Shown: positions 28,277 through 37,719, counted from the first letter of the stretch. The stretch: 64,000 bases of DNA from Patescibacteria group bacterium (GCA_050949505.1 JBMNFV010000001.1:445625-509624), one strand, 5' to 3'. Notes: generated by a model not told the origin, from the sequence alone. Program-made: numbers and translations.

Positions 28277-29047
28277 ATGAGTAAAATAATTGCTGTAGTT
28301 AATCAAAAGGGCGGGGTGGGAAAAACAACCACGGCCGTTAATTTAGCTAGCTACCTCGCTCATTTTGGGCGAGGGGTTTTGCTAATTGACCTTGACCCTC
28401 AAGCTAATGCCACTTCTGGGCTAGGATTAGACCAACGCGAACTAGAAACCGGTATTTATGAGTCCTTGGTAACTAATCGTCCCTTAAGACAAGTGATCAA
28501 GCGGACCAGACAAGCTAATTTGCAAATAGCCCCAGCGACCATGGCTTTAGCTGGAGCTGGAGTGGAGCTAGTTAATTTAGAGAACCGAGAATTTCGCTTA
28601 GCCGAACTACTAGAAGAAGTGCGAGCTGACTATGACTATATTATTATTGATGGCCCTCCTTCCTTAGGACTGTTAACCGTTAATAGCTTAACGGCTGCTG
28701 ATGAAGTCCTTATTCCCATTCAAAGTGAGTATTATGCCCTAGAGGGCCTAAGTCAACTCCTTGAAACCATTAGCTTGGTTCAAGGCAATCTGAAGCCTCA
28801 ATTAGGAATTATGGGAGCGGTGATAACGATGTTTGATCGACGTAATAAATTATCGGGAGCGGTTATGGAAGAGCTCTATAAGTTTTTTCCTAATAAAATA
28901 TTTCGTTCCGTTATTCCCCGGACAGTGCGCCTAGCGGAGGCGCCCAGCTATGGTCAATCTATTTTGCAGTATGACCCTAAGTCTAAAGGAGCGAAGGCTT
29001 ATGAGAATTTAGCCCGAGAAGTTTTAAGTTTAGACTTACCTTATTAA
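28277..29047 (+). CDS. parA: chromosome partitioning ATPase ParA/Soj
   Basis: Deviant Walker A KGGVGKTT, plus IIDGPPSLGLLT. Confidence 0.9.
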   Translation: MSKIIAVVNQKGGVGKTTTAVNLASYLAHFGRGVLLIDLDPQANATSGLGLDQRELETGIYESLVTNRPLRQVIKRTRQANLQIAPATMALAGAGVELVNLENREFRLAELLEEVRADYDYIIIDGPPSLGLLTVNSLTAADEVLIPIQSEYYALEGLSQLLETISLVQGNLKPQLGIMGAVITMFDRRNKLSGAVMEELYKFFPNKIFRSVIPRTVRLAEAPSYGQSILQYDPKSKGAKAYENLAREVLSLDLPY

Positions 29048-29061
29048 CTAACAATAATCTT

Positions 29062-29940
29062 ATGGCACAAGGATTAGGTCGTGGCCTCGGGTCACTGATT
29101 CCTAAAAAAACAATGACTTACGGACGTAATCCCTATCAAGCTGAGACGGATGCGGAGTTAGTGATGGTAAATGAGCAAGATCAAATTCTTCAAGTTGACC
29201 CTGCTTTAATCACCATCAATCCCCAACAACCCCGAACAGAATTTAATGAAGCGGCTCTAGAGAGTCTAGCTAAGTCTATTGCTGAGCATGGTATTATCTC
29301 GCCCCTGATAGTTACTAAAACTGAAACTGGTGGCTTTGAGCTAATTGCTGGTGAACGTCGTTGGCGAGCAGCGCAGCAGCTAAAACTGAAAGAAGTACCA
29401 GTCATAGTTCGTCAAGAAGGCGAACAAAAGAAACTAGAGTTAGCCCTAATTGAAAACATTCAACGAGAAGACCTTAACCCTTTAGAAATAGCCCGAGCTT
29501 ATCAGCAATTGATTAATGATTTTAATTTAACCCAAGAAGGTGCGGCTGAGCGAGTGGGCAAGGCTCGTTCTAGTGTAGCTAACACTCTTAGACTATTAAC
29601 CCTTCCTAAGGAAGCTCAGGCGGCTTTAGCGGGTGGTAAAATTAGTGAAGCTCATGCCAAGATATTACTTAGTCTAGATAATCCAGTTAAGCAATTGGCT
29701 TTGCTCAAAAAGATTATGCGTCAGAATCTCACCGTCGCAGAAACAGATCGAGTGTTAAAGCAGGGAACAGAGAGCAAGGGTAGAGCTGATAAAAGTCTGA
29801 CTGACAGACAAACCGAAGCAGAGCTAGAACAATATTTTGGCACTAAGGTAGAAGTTAGGCGCCAAAAACGAGGGGGCAAACTAGTAATTGATTTCTATTC
29901 CGAAGAAGAGTTAGATAGTATATTAGCAAAGATTAAATAG
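29062..29940 (+). CDS. parB: chromosome partitioning protein ParB/Spo0J
   Basis: ParB box LIAGERRWRAAQQ, followed by an HTH. Confidence 0.9.
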   Translation: MAQGLGRGLGSLIPKKTMTYGRNPYQAETDAELVMVNEQDQILQVDPALITINPQQPRTEFNEAALESLAKSIAEHGIISPLIVTKTETGGFELIAGERRWRAAQQLKLKEVPVIVRQEGEQKKLELALIENIQREDLNPLEIARAYQQLINDFNLTQEGAAERVGKARSSVANTLRLLTLPKEAQAALAGGKISEAHAKILLSLDNPVKQLALLKKIMRQNLTVAETDRVLKQGTESKGRADKSLTDRQTEAELEQYFGTKVEVRRQKRGGKLVIDFYSEEELDSILAKIK

Positions 29941-29973
29941 AAATATTTTCTAAAAGACAATTAGATAATTTAA

Positions 29974-30010
29974 AAAGGTGATTTTGGTATAAAGCCAGAG
30001 TCACCTTTTT
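29974..30010 (+). terminator. rho-independent terminator after parB
   Basis: aaaggtgattttgg-tataaag-ccagagtcaccttt (14-bp stem with 2 G.U) followed by TTTTT. Confidence 0.6.
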
Positions 30011-30249
30011 TAGATTGTTTTTAATAATAATCTAAATAACCTTTATTATATTAAAATGTTGCACTTACTTATTGATTTAAGCAAACACCTTACCGCTTTG
30101 GCGGTTTTTAAGTTACGAATAATTAACTAAAAATTAATTTGGAGTCATTCTGTTTAAAGTGCTATTTAAATACCTCAACTGATGGGAGTAAAGTAACATT
30201 AGTTATGTCTCTAGGCGAGCTATTGTAATTCTATACATAATGTTATATA

Positions 30250-30265
30250 ATCTTATATATAAGAT
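30250..30265. repeat. 16-bp perfect palindrome ATCTTATATATAAGAT immediately upstream of the fic start
   Basis: Self-complementary and overlaps the TATATAAT -10-like sequence, 10 nt upstream of ATG 30276. Candidate operator. Confidence 0.6.
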
Positions 30266-30275
30266 ATACAAGATT

Positions 30276-31334
30276 ATGGATAATAAATTCAATAACAGAA
30301 TAAGCAATCTGCCTCAAAATGTTCTAGAATTAATTGATAAGATAGATTTATTAAAGAGTAACTGGGTAAATGGCGCCAAACTAGACCAACAAACTTTGAG
30401 TAATTTAAAGAAGTCTATTTTAATTACCTCAACTAGCGCTTCAACCCGCATTGAGGGTTCTCAGTTATCAGATGATGATGTGAAGCGATTAATGCGGGGC
30501 CTATCCCTACAAAAATTTAAAGACCGCGACAAACAAGAAGTGCGCGGATATTTTGATTTACTAACTAATGTTTTTGAATCATACAAATCAATTCCTTTCG
30601 CCGAGAGTACAATTAAATTTTTTCATCGCGAGCTATTAAAATATTCAAAGAAAGATGAATTGCATCGTGGCGAATATAAAAAAGAAGAAAATAAAGTGGC
30701 CATGGTGTCGCCAACTGGTGAGCCAATAGAAATATTATTTGATACAACTGCCCCCTGGCTAACACCAAAAGAAATGCAGGAGTTAGTTGAATGGACACAA
30801 ACTGCTTTTTTAGAAAAATCAGCTCATCCCTTAATTATTATTGGAAATTTTATAGTAGAGTTTTTGCATATTCATCCGTTTACCGATGGCAACGGAAGAT
30901 TATCAAGAGTATTAAGCAATCTTCTGCTACTGCAACATGGCTATGAATATATGCCCTATGTTTCACAAGAAAAATTAATTGAAGATAATAAGCCAGAATA
31001 TTATCTTGCTTTAAGAGCGAGTCAAAAGACTTTAAGGACTGATAAGGAAGATATCAGTGCTTGGTTAACTTTTTTCTTAAAAATTATCTTAAAACAATCT
31101 GAGCAAGCGATTAATATTATCTCTCATGAAGAGGTGTCTAAATTACTATCACCTCAACAAGCCCTTGTTTGGGAATATATTGTTAAACAAGCTGGAGTTG
31201 TTGCGCCACTAGAAATTTCTCGAGCGACCGGTATTCCTAGACCGACAATTAATCAGGTGTTAAATAAACTATTGCAACTTAAATGGATAGAAAGACTTGG
31301 TGTTGGTCGAGCGACTAGGTATAGGAAAAAATAA
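30276..31334 (+). CDS. Fic family protein (class II, N-terminal inhibitory motif) with C-terminal winged-helix domain
   Basis: Fic active site HPFTDGNGRLSR. N-terminal inhibitory (S/T)xxxE(G/N) motif STRIEG. C-terminal wHTH (ISRATGIPRPTINQVLNKL). The ORF-track start at 30240 would translate the palindrome, so ATG 30276 is preferred. Confidence 0.85.
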   Translation: MDNKFNNRISNLPQNVLELIDKIDLLKSNWVNGAKLDQQTLSNLKKSILITSTSASTRIEGSQLSDDDVKRLMRGLSLQKFKDRDKQEVRGYFDLLTNVFESYKSIPFAESTIKFFHRELLKYSKKDELHRGEYKKEENKVAMVSPTGEPIEILFDTTAPWLTPKEMQELVEWTQTAFLEKSAHPLIIIGNFIVEFLHIHPFTDGNGRLSRVLSNLLLLQHGYEYMPYVSQEKLIEDNKPEYYLALRASQKTLRTDKEDISAWLTFFLKIILKQSEQAINIISHEEVSKLLSPQQALVWEYIVKQAGVVAPLEISRATGIPRPTINQVLNKLLQLKWIERLGVGRATRYRKK

Positions 31335-31561
31335 CAGAAAAATAGCGACCGAGGGGGGTCTAATGGAAATCTAACCGACTTAATTAGACGCTTTTTACCC
31401 AAGAGAACTAATTTTAAAACTGTAGTTGATCAATAGATTAAGTGTATTAAACTCTTCATTAACTCTCGTCCTTAGAAAAGACTCGGCGGGAAGACTCCTT
31501 TTGAAGCGCTCTATAAAATGACCGGCGTTGCACTTCTGCCTTGAATACACCTAAACAGCTA

Positions 31562-31590
31562 TTGACTTTTATAGAAATATGTGATATACT
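31562..31590 (+). promoter_or_regulatory. sigma70-type promoter TTGACT-17-TATACT
   Basis: -35 TTGACT 31562-31567, 17-nt spacer, -10 TATACT 31585-31590. About 120 nt upstream of ORF 31712. Confidence 0.5.
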
Positions 31591-31631
31591 GTTTCTAGTT
31601 GATTAAAATAGGTTCTTTGACAAAACAAATT

Positions 31632-31688
31632 AATTTGCTTAATCATTAAGCTCAGCTAGTCTAGGTGGACTTAGTAATTAAGCAAATT
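31632..31688 (+). repeat. inverted repeat / predicted stem-loop in the 5'-UTR of ORF 31712
   Basis: aatttgcttaat (31632-31643) and attaagcaaatt (31677-31688) are perfect reverse complements, extendable to about 21 bp with 3 mismatches. The loop contains AGTCTAGG. Confidence 0.55.
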
Positions 31689-31711
31689 ATAAACAAAAAA
31701 ATAAAGTAGAT

Positions 31712-31951
31712 ATGAAAGATCTGGAAAACATGAAAGAAAGGGAATTAAGATTTGAAAGTCGGATAATAACCTTGTCAGCAATCGTATTGGGGTTGCTAAA
31801 GGTTACCGTTAGCTATGATGAGTTTCCTTGGTGGAAATTAATCTTAGCATTCTTATTCGTTTTTTTTGCAGCAAACTATGTAATTCGTGGAATTTACAAG
31901 TTCTGTAAAGAGAATGATGAAGAAATAAAAAAATTAATGAGCGATGAATAA
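31712..31951 (+). CDS. small two-TM membrane protein with inter-helix PWW motif (hypothetical)
   Basis: 79 aa, TM1 ...DEFPWWK... TM2. Paralogous in topology and motif to ORF 32120-32293. Confidence 0.55.
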   Translation: MKDLENMKERELRFESRIITLSAIVLGLLKVTVSYDEFPWWKLILAFLFVFFAANYVIRGIYKFCKENDEEIKKLMSDE

Positions 31952-31964
31952 TCGCTCTTTTTTA
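31940..31964 (+). terminator. rho-independent terminator
   Basis: gagcgat-gaata-atcgctc followed by TTTTTT. Confidence 0.55.
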
Positions 31965-32119
31965 AGATTAATGGTTGGAAAAAGAAGGGTGAGTCTAAAG
32001 AGGTTCTATTTATCATTTGATAGTCTTTGACTTGATTTTTTATTTAAGACAACCTAAGATGGAGACAAGTTATTTAACAATTTAAAGCCTTCCTTGAGGT
32101 TATAATACAAGGTAGTAAA

Positions 32120-32293
32120 ATGAAGAGTACAATAAAAATAGTATTAATTTCAAGCCTAGTTACCATTGCGGTTACAGCGGGCTTGATAGTGGATAAGCAT
32201 AGCTGGTGGCAAATAGTGGTCTCAGCCTTGTTTATCTTTGTTGCTACCTTTCTAGTCTTAGCCATGAGCTTGGCGGACAGGGAGGAGAAATGA
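32120..32293 (+). CDS. small two-TM membrane protein with SWW motif (57 aa, absent from the supplied ORF track)
   Basis: ATG 32120 is preceded by aaggtag and TATAAT (32101-32106). Product MKSTIKIVLISSLVTIAVTAGLIVDKHSWWQIVVSALFIFVATFLVLAMSLADREEK, followed directly by a terminator. Preferred over the antisense track ORF 32074-32265. Confidence 0.5.
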   Translation: MKSTIKIVLISSLVTIAVTAGLIVDKHSWWQIVVSALFIFVATFLVLAMSLADREEK

Positions 32294-32300
32294 AAATGAG

Positions 32301-32330
32301 AGCGGTTTTTTAATAAACCGCTTTTTTATT
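32301..32330 (+). terminator. rho-independent terminator
   Basis: agcggttt-ttaataa-aaccgct followed by TTTTTTATT. Confidence 0.6.
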
Positions 32331-32410
32331 TTAGTCTTTTGCTAAAAAGCCTAACTTGTATTAAAATAGGAAAGGTAAGGATAATTTTATTTATTATTTA
32401 TTAGTTTTTA

Positions 32411-35400
32411 ATGTCTTTTGTTCACCTCCACAATCATAGTCACTATTCCTTATTAGACGGCTTGACTAAGATAGACGAAATGATTGCCGCTGCTAAAGAG
32501 CAAGGCTCACCAGCGGTAGCTTTAACTGACCACGGAGTGATGTATGGGGCGATAGAGTTCTATCAAAAGGCTAAACAGGCAGGAATTAAGCCAATTATTG
32601 GCGTAGAAGCCTATTTAGCTACTGGTTCTCGTTTAGCTAAGGAAACTAGAGAAGATGCCCGCAATTATCATCTAGTTCTTCTAGCTAAGAATCGGGAGGG
32701 TTATCAAAATCTAATTAAACTAACCTCCCTAGCCCATCTAGAGGGTTTCTATTACAAACCCCGGATAGACTGGGAAATTTTAGAGAAGCATCATGAAGGC
32801 CTAATTGCCCTAACCGCTTGCTTGGCAGGAGAAATTCCTCGCTTGATTCAGGCTGGAGACTTGGCTAAGGCTAAGAAAAGGATTTTAGAATACAATGAGC
32901 TATTTGGTCAGGGTAATTTCTATTTAGAAATTCAAGACCACCCTGAACTAGAAGATCAGGCTAAGGTTAATCAGCAATTAATTAAATTTTCTCAAGAGCT
33001 AAACATCCCGCTAGTGGCCACTAATGATGTTCACTATTTAAAAAAAGAAGATGCTGAGGCTCAAGATATTTTGCTCTGTATTCAAAACAAGAAGAAGTTA
33101 AGTGACCAGGACAGAATGACTATGTTGGGCTATGGGGACTATTCTTTCCGTTCTAACGCTGAAATGATTAAAGCCTTTGCCAAAGTGCCGGAGGCGATTG
33201 AAAATACTTTAAAGATCGCTGAGAGTTGTAATTTAGAGTTAGAGTTAGGGAAGACTCAATTACCCTATTTTGCCGTCCCCGCTGGTTATGATGGCAATTC
33301 CTATTTGCGACAGTGGAGTGAGGAGGGAATTGCTCGACGTTTTCCGGGAGCTAGTGAAGGGGAGCTAAAATTAGTTCAGGAAAGACTGGACTATGAGCTG
33401 TCAGTGATTGCTAATATGGGTTGGCCCGACTACTTCCTAATTGTCGCGGACTTTATCAAGTGGGCTAAGGATAATAACATAGTGGTTGGCCCTGGACGAG
33501 GCAGTGCGGCTGGCTCTTTGGTTTGTTATTTAACGGGGATCACTAACCTAGACCCCTTGAAATATGAACTATTGTTTGAGCGTTTCCTAAACCCTGAAAG
33601 AGTTTCTATGCCAGATATTGATATGGACTTTGCCGATACCAGGCGGGGAGAGGTTTTAAATTATGTAGGCGAGAAATATGGACATGACCACGTAGCGCAA
33701 ATAATTACCTTTGGAACCCTAGCCGCCCGGGCAGCCGTGCGTGATGTTGGACGAGTTTTAGATGAGCCCTATGAGTTTTGTGACCGACTCTCTAAAAGTA
33801 TCCCGATGTTCACTAAACTAGGAGAAGCAATTGCTAAGGTGCCGGAGGTAAAAAACTTTTATCAAACTGACCCGGCTGCTAAAAGAATTTTAGACTATGC
33901 CCTGCGACTAGAGGGGGTGGCTCGGCACGCCTCTACACATGCTTGCGGGGTCCTAATTACCGCTAGCCCCCTAACTGACCACGTACCTATTCAATATGCG
34001 TCATCAACTGATCAGACCATCATTTCTCAATACTCACTACACCCAATTGAAGACTTGGGTCTTTTAAAGATGGACTTCTTGGGGCTTAAGAATTTAAGTA
34101 TCATTGAAGCGGCCCTGAAGATTATTAAAAATACTCGTAATTTAGAGATTGATATAGATAATCTTCCGCTGGATGACCCCTTAGCCTATGAACTGTTTCA
34201 AAGGGGGGAAACCACCGGAGTTTTTCAATTTGAATCTTCAGGGATGCGCCGATATTTACGAGAGTTAAAGCCTAGCGTTTTTGAAGACATTATTGCCATG
34301 GTAGCCCTTTATCGCCCTGGTCCCATGGAGTGGATTCCTGACTATATTGCGGGCAAAGAGGGTAGCAAACAAGTCACTTATCTACATGAGAAGTTGGCGC
34401 CAATTCTAGAGAAAACTTATGGGGTGGCGATTTATCAGGAACAAGTCATGCAAATTGCTCGCGACCTAGCGGGCTTTACCATGGGCCAAGCGGATGTTTT
34501 GCGTAAAGCGATGGGCAAAAAGATTCCTAAGTTGCTAGCGGAGCAAAAAGAGAAGTTTATTGACGGCTGTGTTAAGAATAGTATTCCTCAAGAATTAGCC
34601 GCTAAGATTTTCTCGTTTATTGAGCCCTTTGCTGGCTATGGCTTTAATCGCAGTCACGCTGCTTGTTATGCTATGATTGCCTACCAAACCGCCTATCTTA
34701 AGGCCCACTGGCCAGTGGAGTTTATGGCCGCCCTGCTAACCGCTGATCAAAATGATATAGAACGAATTGCCATTGATATAGAGGAGTGTCGGAGCATGGG
34801 GATCAAGATAATGGCCCCGGATGTTAATGAATCCTTTGGTACTTTTACGGTGGTCACTAAGGGGACGAGTGAGAATCGGGCGGTGGCGGACGATGAGGTT
34901 TTAGACACCATTAGGTTTGGCTTAAAGGCCGTTAAGAACTTAGGAGATAATATTGTTGACACCTTAATTAAAGAGCGAAAAGAGCGAGGAGCTTTTAAAG
35001 ATGTTTTTGACCTTTTGGAGCGAGTGACCGATAAGGATTTAAATAAAAAGTCTTTGGAGAGTTTGATTAAAAGCGGTGCCTTGGATGGTTTTGGTGAACG
35101 AGGTGAGCTACTAGCTAATCTAGAAAGGTTATTAAATTACAATAAAGAATTTATCCGAGCACTAGAGAGCAAACAGGTTAGCTTGTTTTCCCTGGCTCCT
35201 GATAAAATATCTTTGCCAAAAATTTCCCTCATAACTAGTCCGCCAGTGGAAACTGCGGAGAAGCTAGCTTGGGAAAAAGAATTACTAGGACTTTATGTTA
35301 GTGAGCATCCCTATAACCTGTTTAGCAGTCATCTCCAGGGCTATGTGGTTCCCCTGGCTAGACTGAAGGAATATCGGGGTCAAGAAAGAATTATTATCGC

Positions 35401-36049
35401 CGGCATAGTTTCAGCGATTAATAAAATTATCACGCGTAAAGGAGAGGCGATGTTGTTTGTTAAAATAGAAGATGCCGTTAATTCAGTAGAGCTATTAATT
35501 TTTCCTAAACTATATCAAGAAACAGCTGAGCTTTGGCAGGTGGGGCAGGCAATTATTGCCGCCGGTAGTTTGTCAGAAAAAGATCAGGAATTAAAAGTAT
35601 TAACTAATGTAGTGGGAGCCTTAACTACTAGTGACATTCTTGGTTCGCTTGATAATTTTAAAAAGAGCTTGCTAGCAGCAGCCCCACAGCGACGCTTCTA
35701 TCGTCCCCCAGGTGGTGGTCAGAGTTATCAGTCAAAGAAACAAGCAAGCGCTTCACCTGAAGAGACTAAGCCTCGTTCTTTGCAGGTTAGTCAGCCTAGC
35801 CCTCCCAGTAGCAAGTTAGTGGCGCCTTTTAAATTAATAATTAAGGAAAATTTAACAGAAGCTACTTTAGAAAAACTAAAAAGTATTTTTACTAAACACC
35901 CTGGAGCTAGCCCAGTCCACTTTATGGCAAGAGCAGCGACTGGTAAGGCGAAGATTATTAAAACTGAACTAAGGGTTTCTCCTAGTCCAGAATTAACTAC
36001 GGCGTTAACTACTGAGTTAGCTGACTTAATTAAGTTAGTTAAGTTTTAA
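32411..36049 (+). CDS. dnaE: DNA polymerase III alpha subunit (DnaE) with P/S-rich C-terminal extension
   Basis: PHP domain HLHNHSHYSLLDG. Polymerase core FESSGMRRYL...ALYRPGPME, OB fold, plus about 120 extra C-terminal residues (PQRRFYRPPGGGQSYQ...). Confidence 0.95.
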   Translation: MSFVHLHNHSHYSLLDGLTKIDEMIAAAKEQGSPAVALTDHGVMYGAIEFYQKAKQAGIKPIIGVEAYLATGSRLAKETREDARNYHLVLLAKNREGYQNLIKLTSLAHLEGFYYKPRIDWEILEKHHEGLIALTACLAGEIPRLIQAGDLAKAKKRILEYNELFGQGNFYLEIQDHPELEDQAKVNQQLIKFSQELNIPLVATNDVHYLKKEDAEAQDILLCIQNKKKLSDQDRMTMLGYGDYSFRSNAEMIKAFAKVPEAIENTLKIAESCNLELELGKTQLPYFAVPAGYDGNSYLRQWSEEGIARRFPGASEGELKLVQERLDYELSVIANMGWPDYFLIVADFIKWAKDNNIVVGPGRGSAAGSLVCYLTGITNLDPLKYELLFERFLNPERVSMPDIDMDFADTRRGEVLNYVGEKYGHDHVAQIITFGTLAARAAVRDVGRVLDEPYEFCDRLSKSIPMFTKLGEAIAKVPEVKNFYQTDPAAKRILDYALRLEGVARHASTHACGVLITASPLTDHVPIQYASSTDQTIISQYSLHPIEDLGLLKMDFLGLKNLSIIEAALKIIKNTRNLEIDIDNLPLDDPLAYELFQRGETTGVFQFESSGMRRYLRELKPSVFEDIIAMVALYRPGPMEWIPDYIAGKEGSKQVTYLHEKLAPILEKTYGVAIYQEQVMQIARDLAGFTMGQADVLRKAMGKKIPKLLAEQKEKFIDGCVKNSIPQELAAKIFSFIEPFAGYGFNRSHAACYAMIAYQTAYLKAHWPVEFMAALLTADQNDIERIAIDIEECRSMGIKIMAPDVNESFGTFTVVTKGTSENRAVADDEVLDTIRFGLKAVKNLGDNIVDTLIKERKERGAFKDVFDLLERVTDKDLNKKSLESLIKSGALDGFGERGELLANLERLLNYNKEFIRALESKQVSLFSLAPDKISLPKISLITSPPVETAEKLAWEKELLGLYVSEHPYNLFSSHLQGYVVPLARLKEYRGQERIIIAGIVSAINKIITRKGEAMLFVKIEDAVNSVELLIFPKLYQETAELWQVGQAIIAAGSLSEKDQELKVLTNVVGALTTSDILGSLDNFKKSLLAAAPQRRFYRPPGGGQSYQSKKQASASPEETKPRSLQVSQPSPPSSKLVAPFKLIIKENLTEATLEKLKSIFTKHPGASPVHFMARAATGKAKIIKTELRVSPSPELTTALTTELADLIKLVKF

Positions 36050-36126
36050 ATAATTGCGAGCTTTCTAAATATTTGATATAGTTTAAGTAATAGAAATTTT
36101 TAAGAAATTTATTTTCTTTTTTATTT

Positions 36127-37719
36127 ATGTCTAAGAGTCAAAAAAAGGTTACGGCAAAAACTAAGCCAGCTAAGAGTACTAAGGCTAAACCTAAAACTGC
36201 GGCCGCCACCAAGAGTACTAGCGCTAAAAAGCCTAAGACAGTGGCAGCTAAGAAAACTACCACTACTCAGGCTAAAGCGAAAACTGCTCCTAAAAAGCCA
36301 GCCGCTACTAAGACCAAGAAAGCTCCCGCTAAACCTAAGACTAAGGTCAAGCCAGTGATTATTGAGGTAATAGAAGATGAGTTAGTTGAGGATAAGATTT
36401 TTCCTGACTTACCGGAGCATTTAGAAGACTCTAGTTATCTAAGTGATGAAGAGGATATTTTGGCTAGCCAAGATCAAGAATTAGACCAGCAAGAAAAGTT
36501 CTTTTCAGAAATAGTAGATGAAATGGCTAAAGAGCAGGGAGCTAGAGAAACTACTGAAACAGGCTCCACTCGACGTAGTCGGGTAGCCCTATACCGTCGC
36601 TTTGTTTGGCGCTTTGTAATTGGGATTGGTGCCTTAGCAGCCCTAATCTTCTTTCTGTCTTTTTCTCGACTAACAATTAGTATTTTTCCTAGCGGTGAGA
36701 CGGTTAGCGGTCATACGCTAATTAGGGTGGCTAGTAGTTTTACTGAAACAGAGGCTAGTGAAGGTGACTACCGCGAACAAGTACTAGGTGAACTGAAAAT
36801 AGTTGATCTTAGTGAGGAGAAAGAGTTTACCGCCACGGGTGAAGAGTTTGTTGGAGAAGAGATCTATGGACAGGTAACTATTATTAATACCACTGATAAA
36901 GACCAGCCTTTGGTAGCGACGACTAGACTCCTAAGTCCAGATGATAAATTATATAGGCTTAAGGCGGGAGTAACGGTGCCAGCTAGAGGTGAGGTTCAGG
37001 CAGAAATATATGTTGATGAGCCTAGTGACAGTCTAGCCATTGCCCCCACCAGCTTCACCATACCCGGACTGTGGGCGGGACTGCAAGATAAGATCTATGC
37101 GCGCAGTCAGGAGCCTTTTATCTATAAGCAGCGAGTGACTAATTATGTTAAGGCCAGTGACATTGAAAGAGCGGTTAGTGAAATGAATTCCATTCTCTTA
37201 GCTAAATTAAAGTTAGAGCAAAAAAATACACCAGAAGACAAGCAAGAGATTTATGAATTTTTAACCCCCACCAAATTTACTTACGAGGTTAAGCCTGGCG
37301 AAGCGGTGAAAACTTTTACCGTTAAGGCCAGCAGTCAGGTTTTAAACATCTCTTTACCAAAAGAAGAGATTAGTCGGCTCACTGATAAGCTACTTAAACT
37401 TAATCTCCCTGATGATAAAACCCTAATTAATCCTCAGGCAGAGAATGTAGTTTATAGCTTTGAGTCCTATGATGCTGAGCTAGCGGAAGCGGTGGTTAAA
37501 TTAAGTTTTAGTGGCACGATGATCCTAAAAAGAGATAATGACTTAGTAGACAAGAAGGCCTTAGTTAACTTAAGTCAAGCCCAACTAACCACTTACCTAA
37601 AGTCCTTCCCGGAAATAAAGAACTTTAATCTAGAATTTTATCCTAAATTTATCAAACGAGCGCCTTGGTTACCAGAGCGGATTGAGATAGATGTAAAAGA
37701 CTTGTCTAAGGAAATTTAA
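36127..37719 (+). CDS. hypothetical membrane protein with histone H1-like Lys/Ala/Pro/Thr N-terminal tail
   Basis: Residues 1-80 are KPKTAAATKSTSAKKPKTVAAKK... low complexity, an acidic linker, one TM (FVWRFVIGIGALAALIFFLSF), then a 350-aa extracytoplasmic domain without known motifs. Confidence 0.55.
   Translation: MSKSQKKVTAKTKPAKSTKAKPKTAAATKSTSAKKPKTVAAKKTTTTQAKAKTAPKKPAATKTKKAPAKPKTKVKPVIIEVIEDELVEDKIFPDLPEHLEDSSYLSDEEDILASQDQELDQQEKFFSEIVDEMAKEQGARETTETGSTRRSRVALYRRFVWRFVIGIGALAALIFFLSFSRLTISIFPSGETVSGHTLIRVASSFTETEASEGDYREQVLGELKIVDLSEEKEFTATGEEFVGEEIYGQVTIINTTDKDQPLVATTRLLSPDDKLYRLKAGVTVPARGEVQAEIYVDEPSDSLAIAPTSFTIPGLWAGLQDKIYARSQEPFIYKQRVTNYVKASDIERAVSEMNSILLAKLKLEQKNTPEDKQEIYEFLTPTKFTYEVKPGEAVKTFTVKASSQVLNISLPKEEISRLTDKLLKLNLPDDKTLINPQAENVVYSFESYDAELAEAVVKLSFSGTMILKRDNDLVDKKALVNLSQAQLTTYLKSFPEIKNFNLEFYPKFIKRAPWLPERIEIDVKDLSKEI

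Noticed and set aside
30240-30275. ORF-track start of the Fic gene at ATG 30240
   Set aside because: The first 12 codons would translate a perfect 16-bp palindrome and TATATAAT-like promoter sequence (MLYNLIYKIYKI). The conserved Fic N-terminus begins after the ATG at 30276.
32074-32265. 63-aa minus-strand ORF
   Set aside because: The + strand contains a better-supported 57-aa two-TM ORF (32120-32293) with a -10 element, an SD-like aaggtag and an immediate intrinsic terminator. The minus ORF is its antisense shadow.
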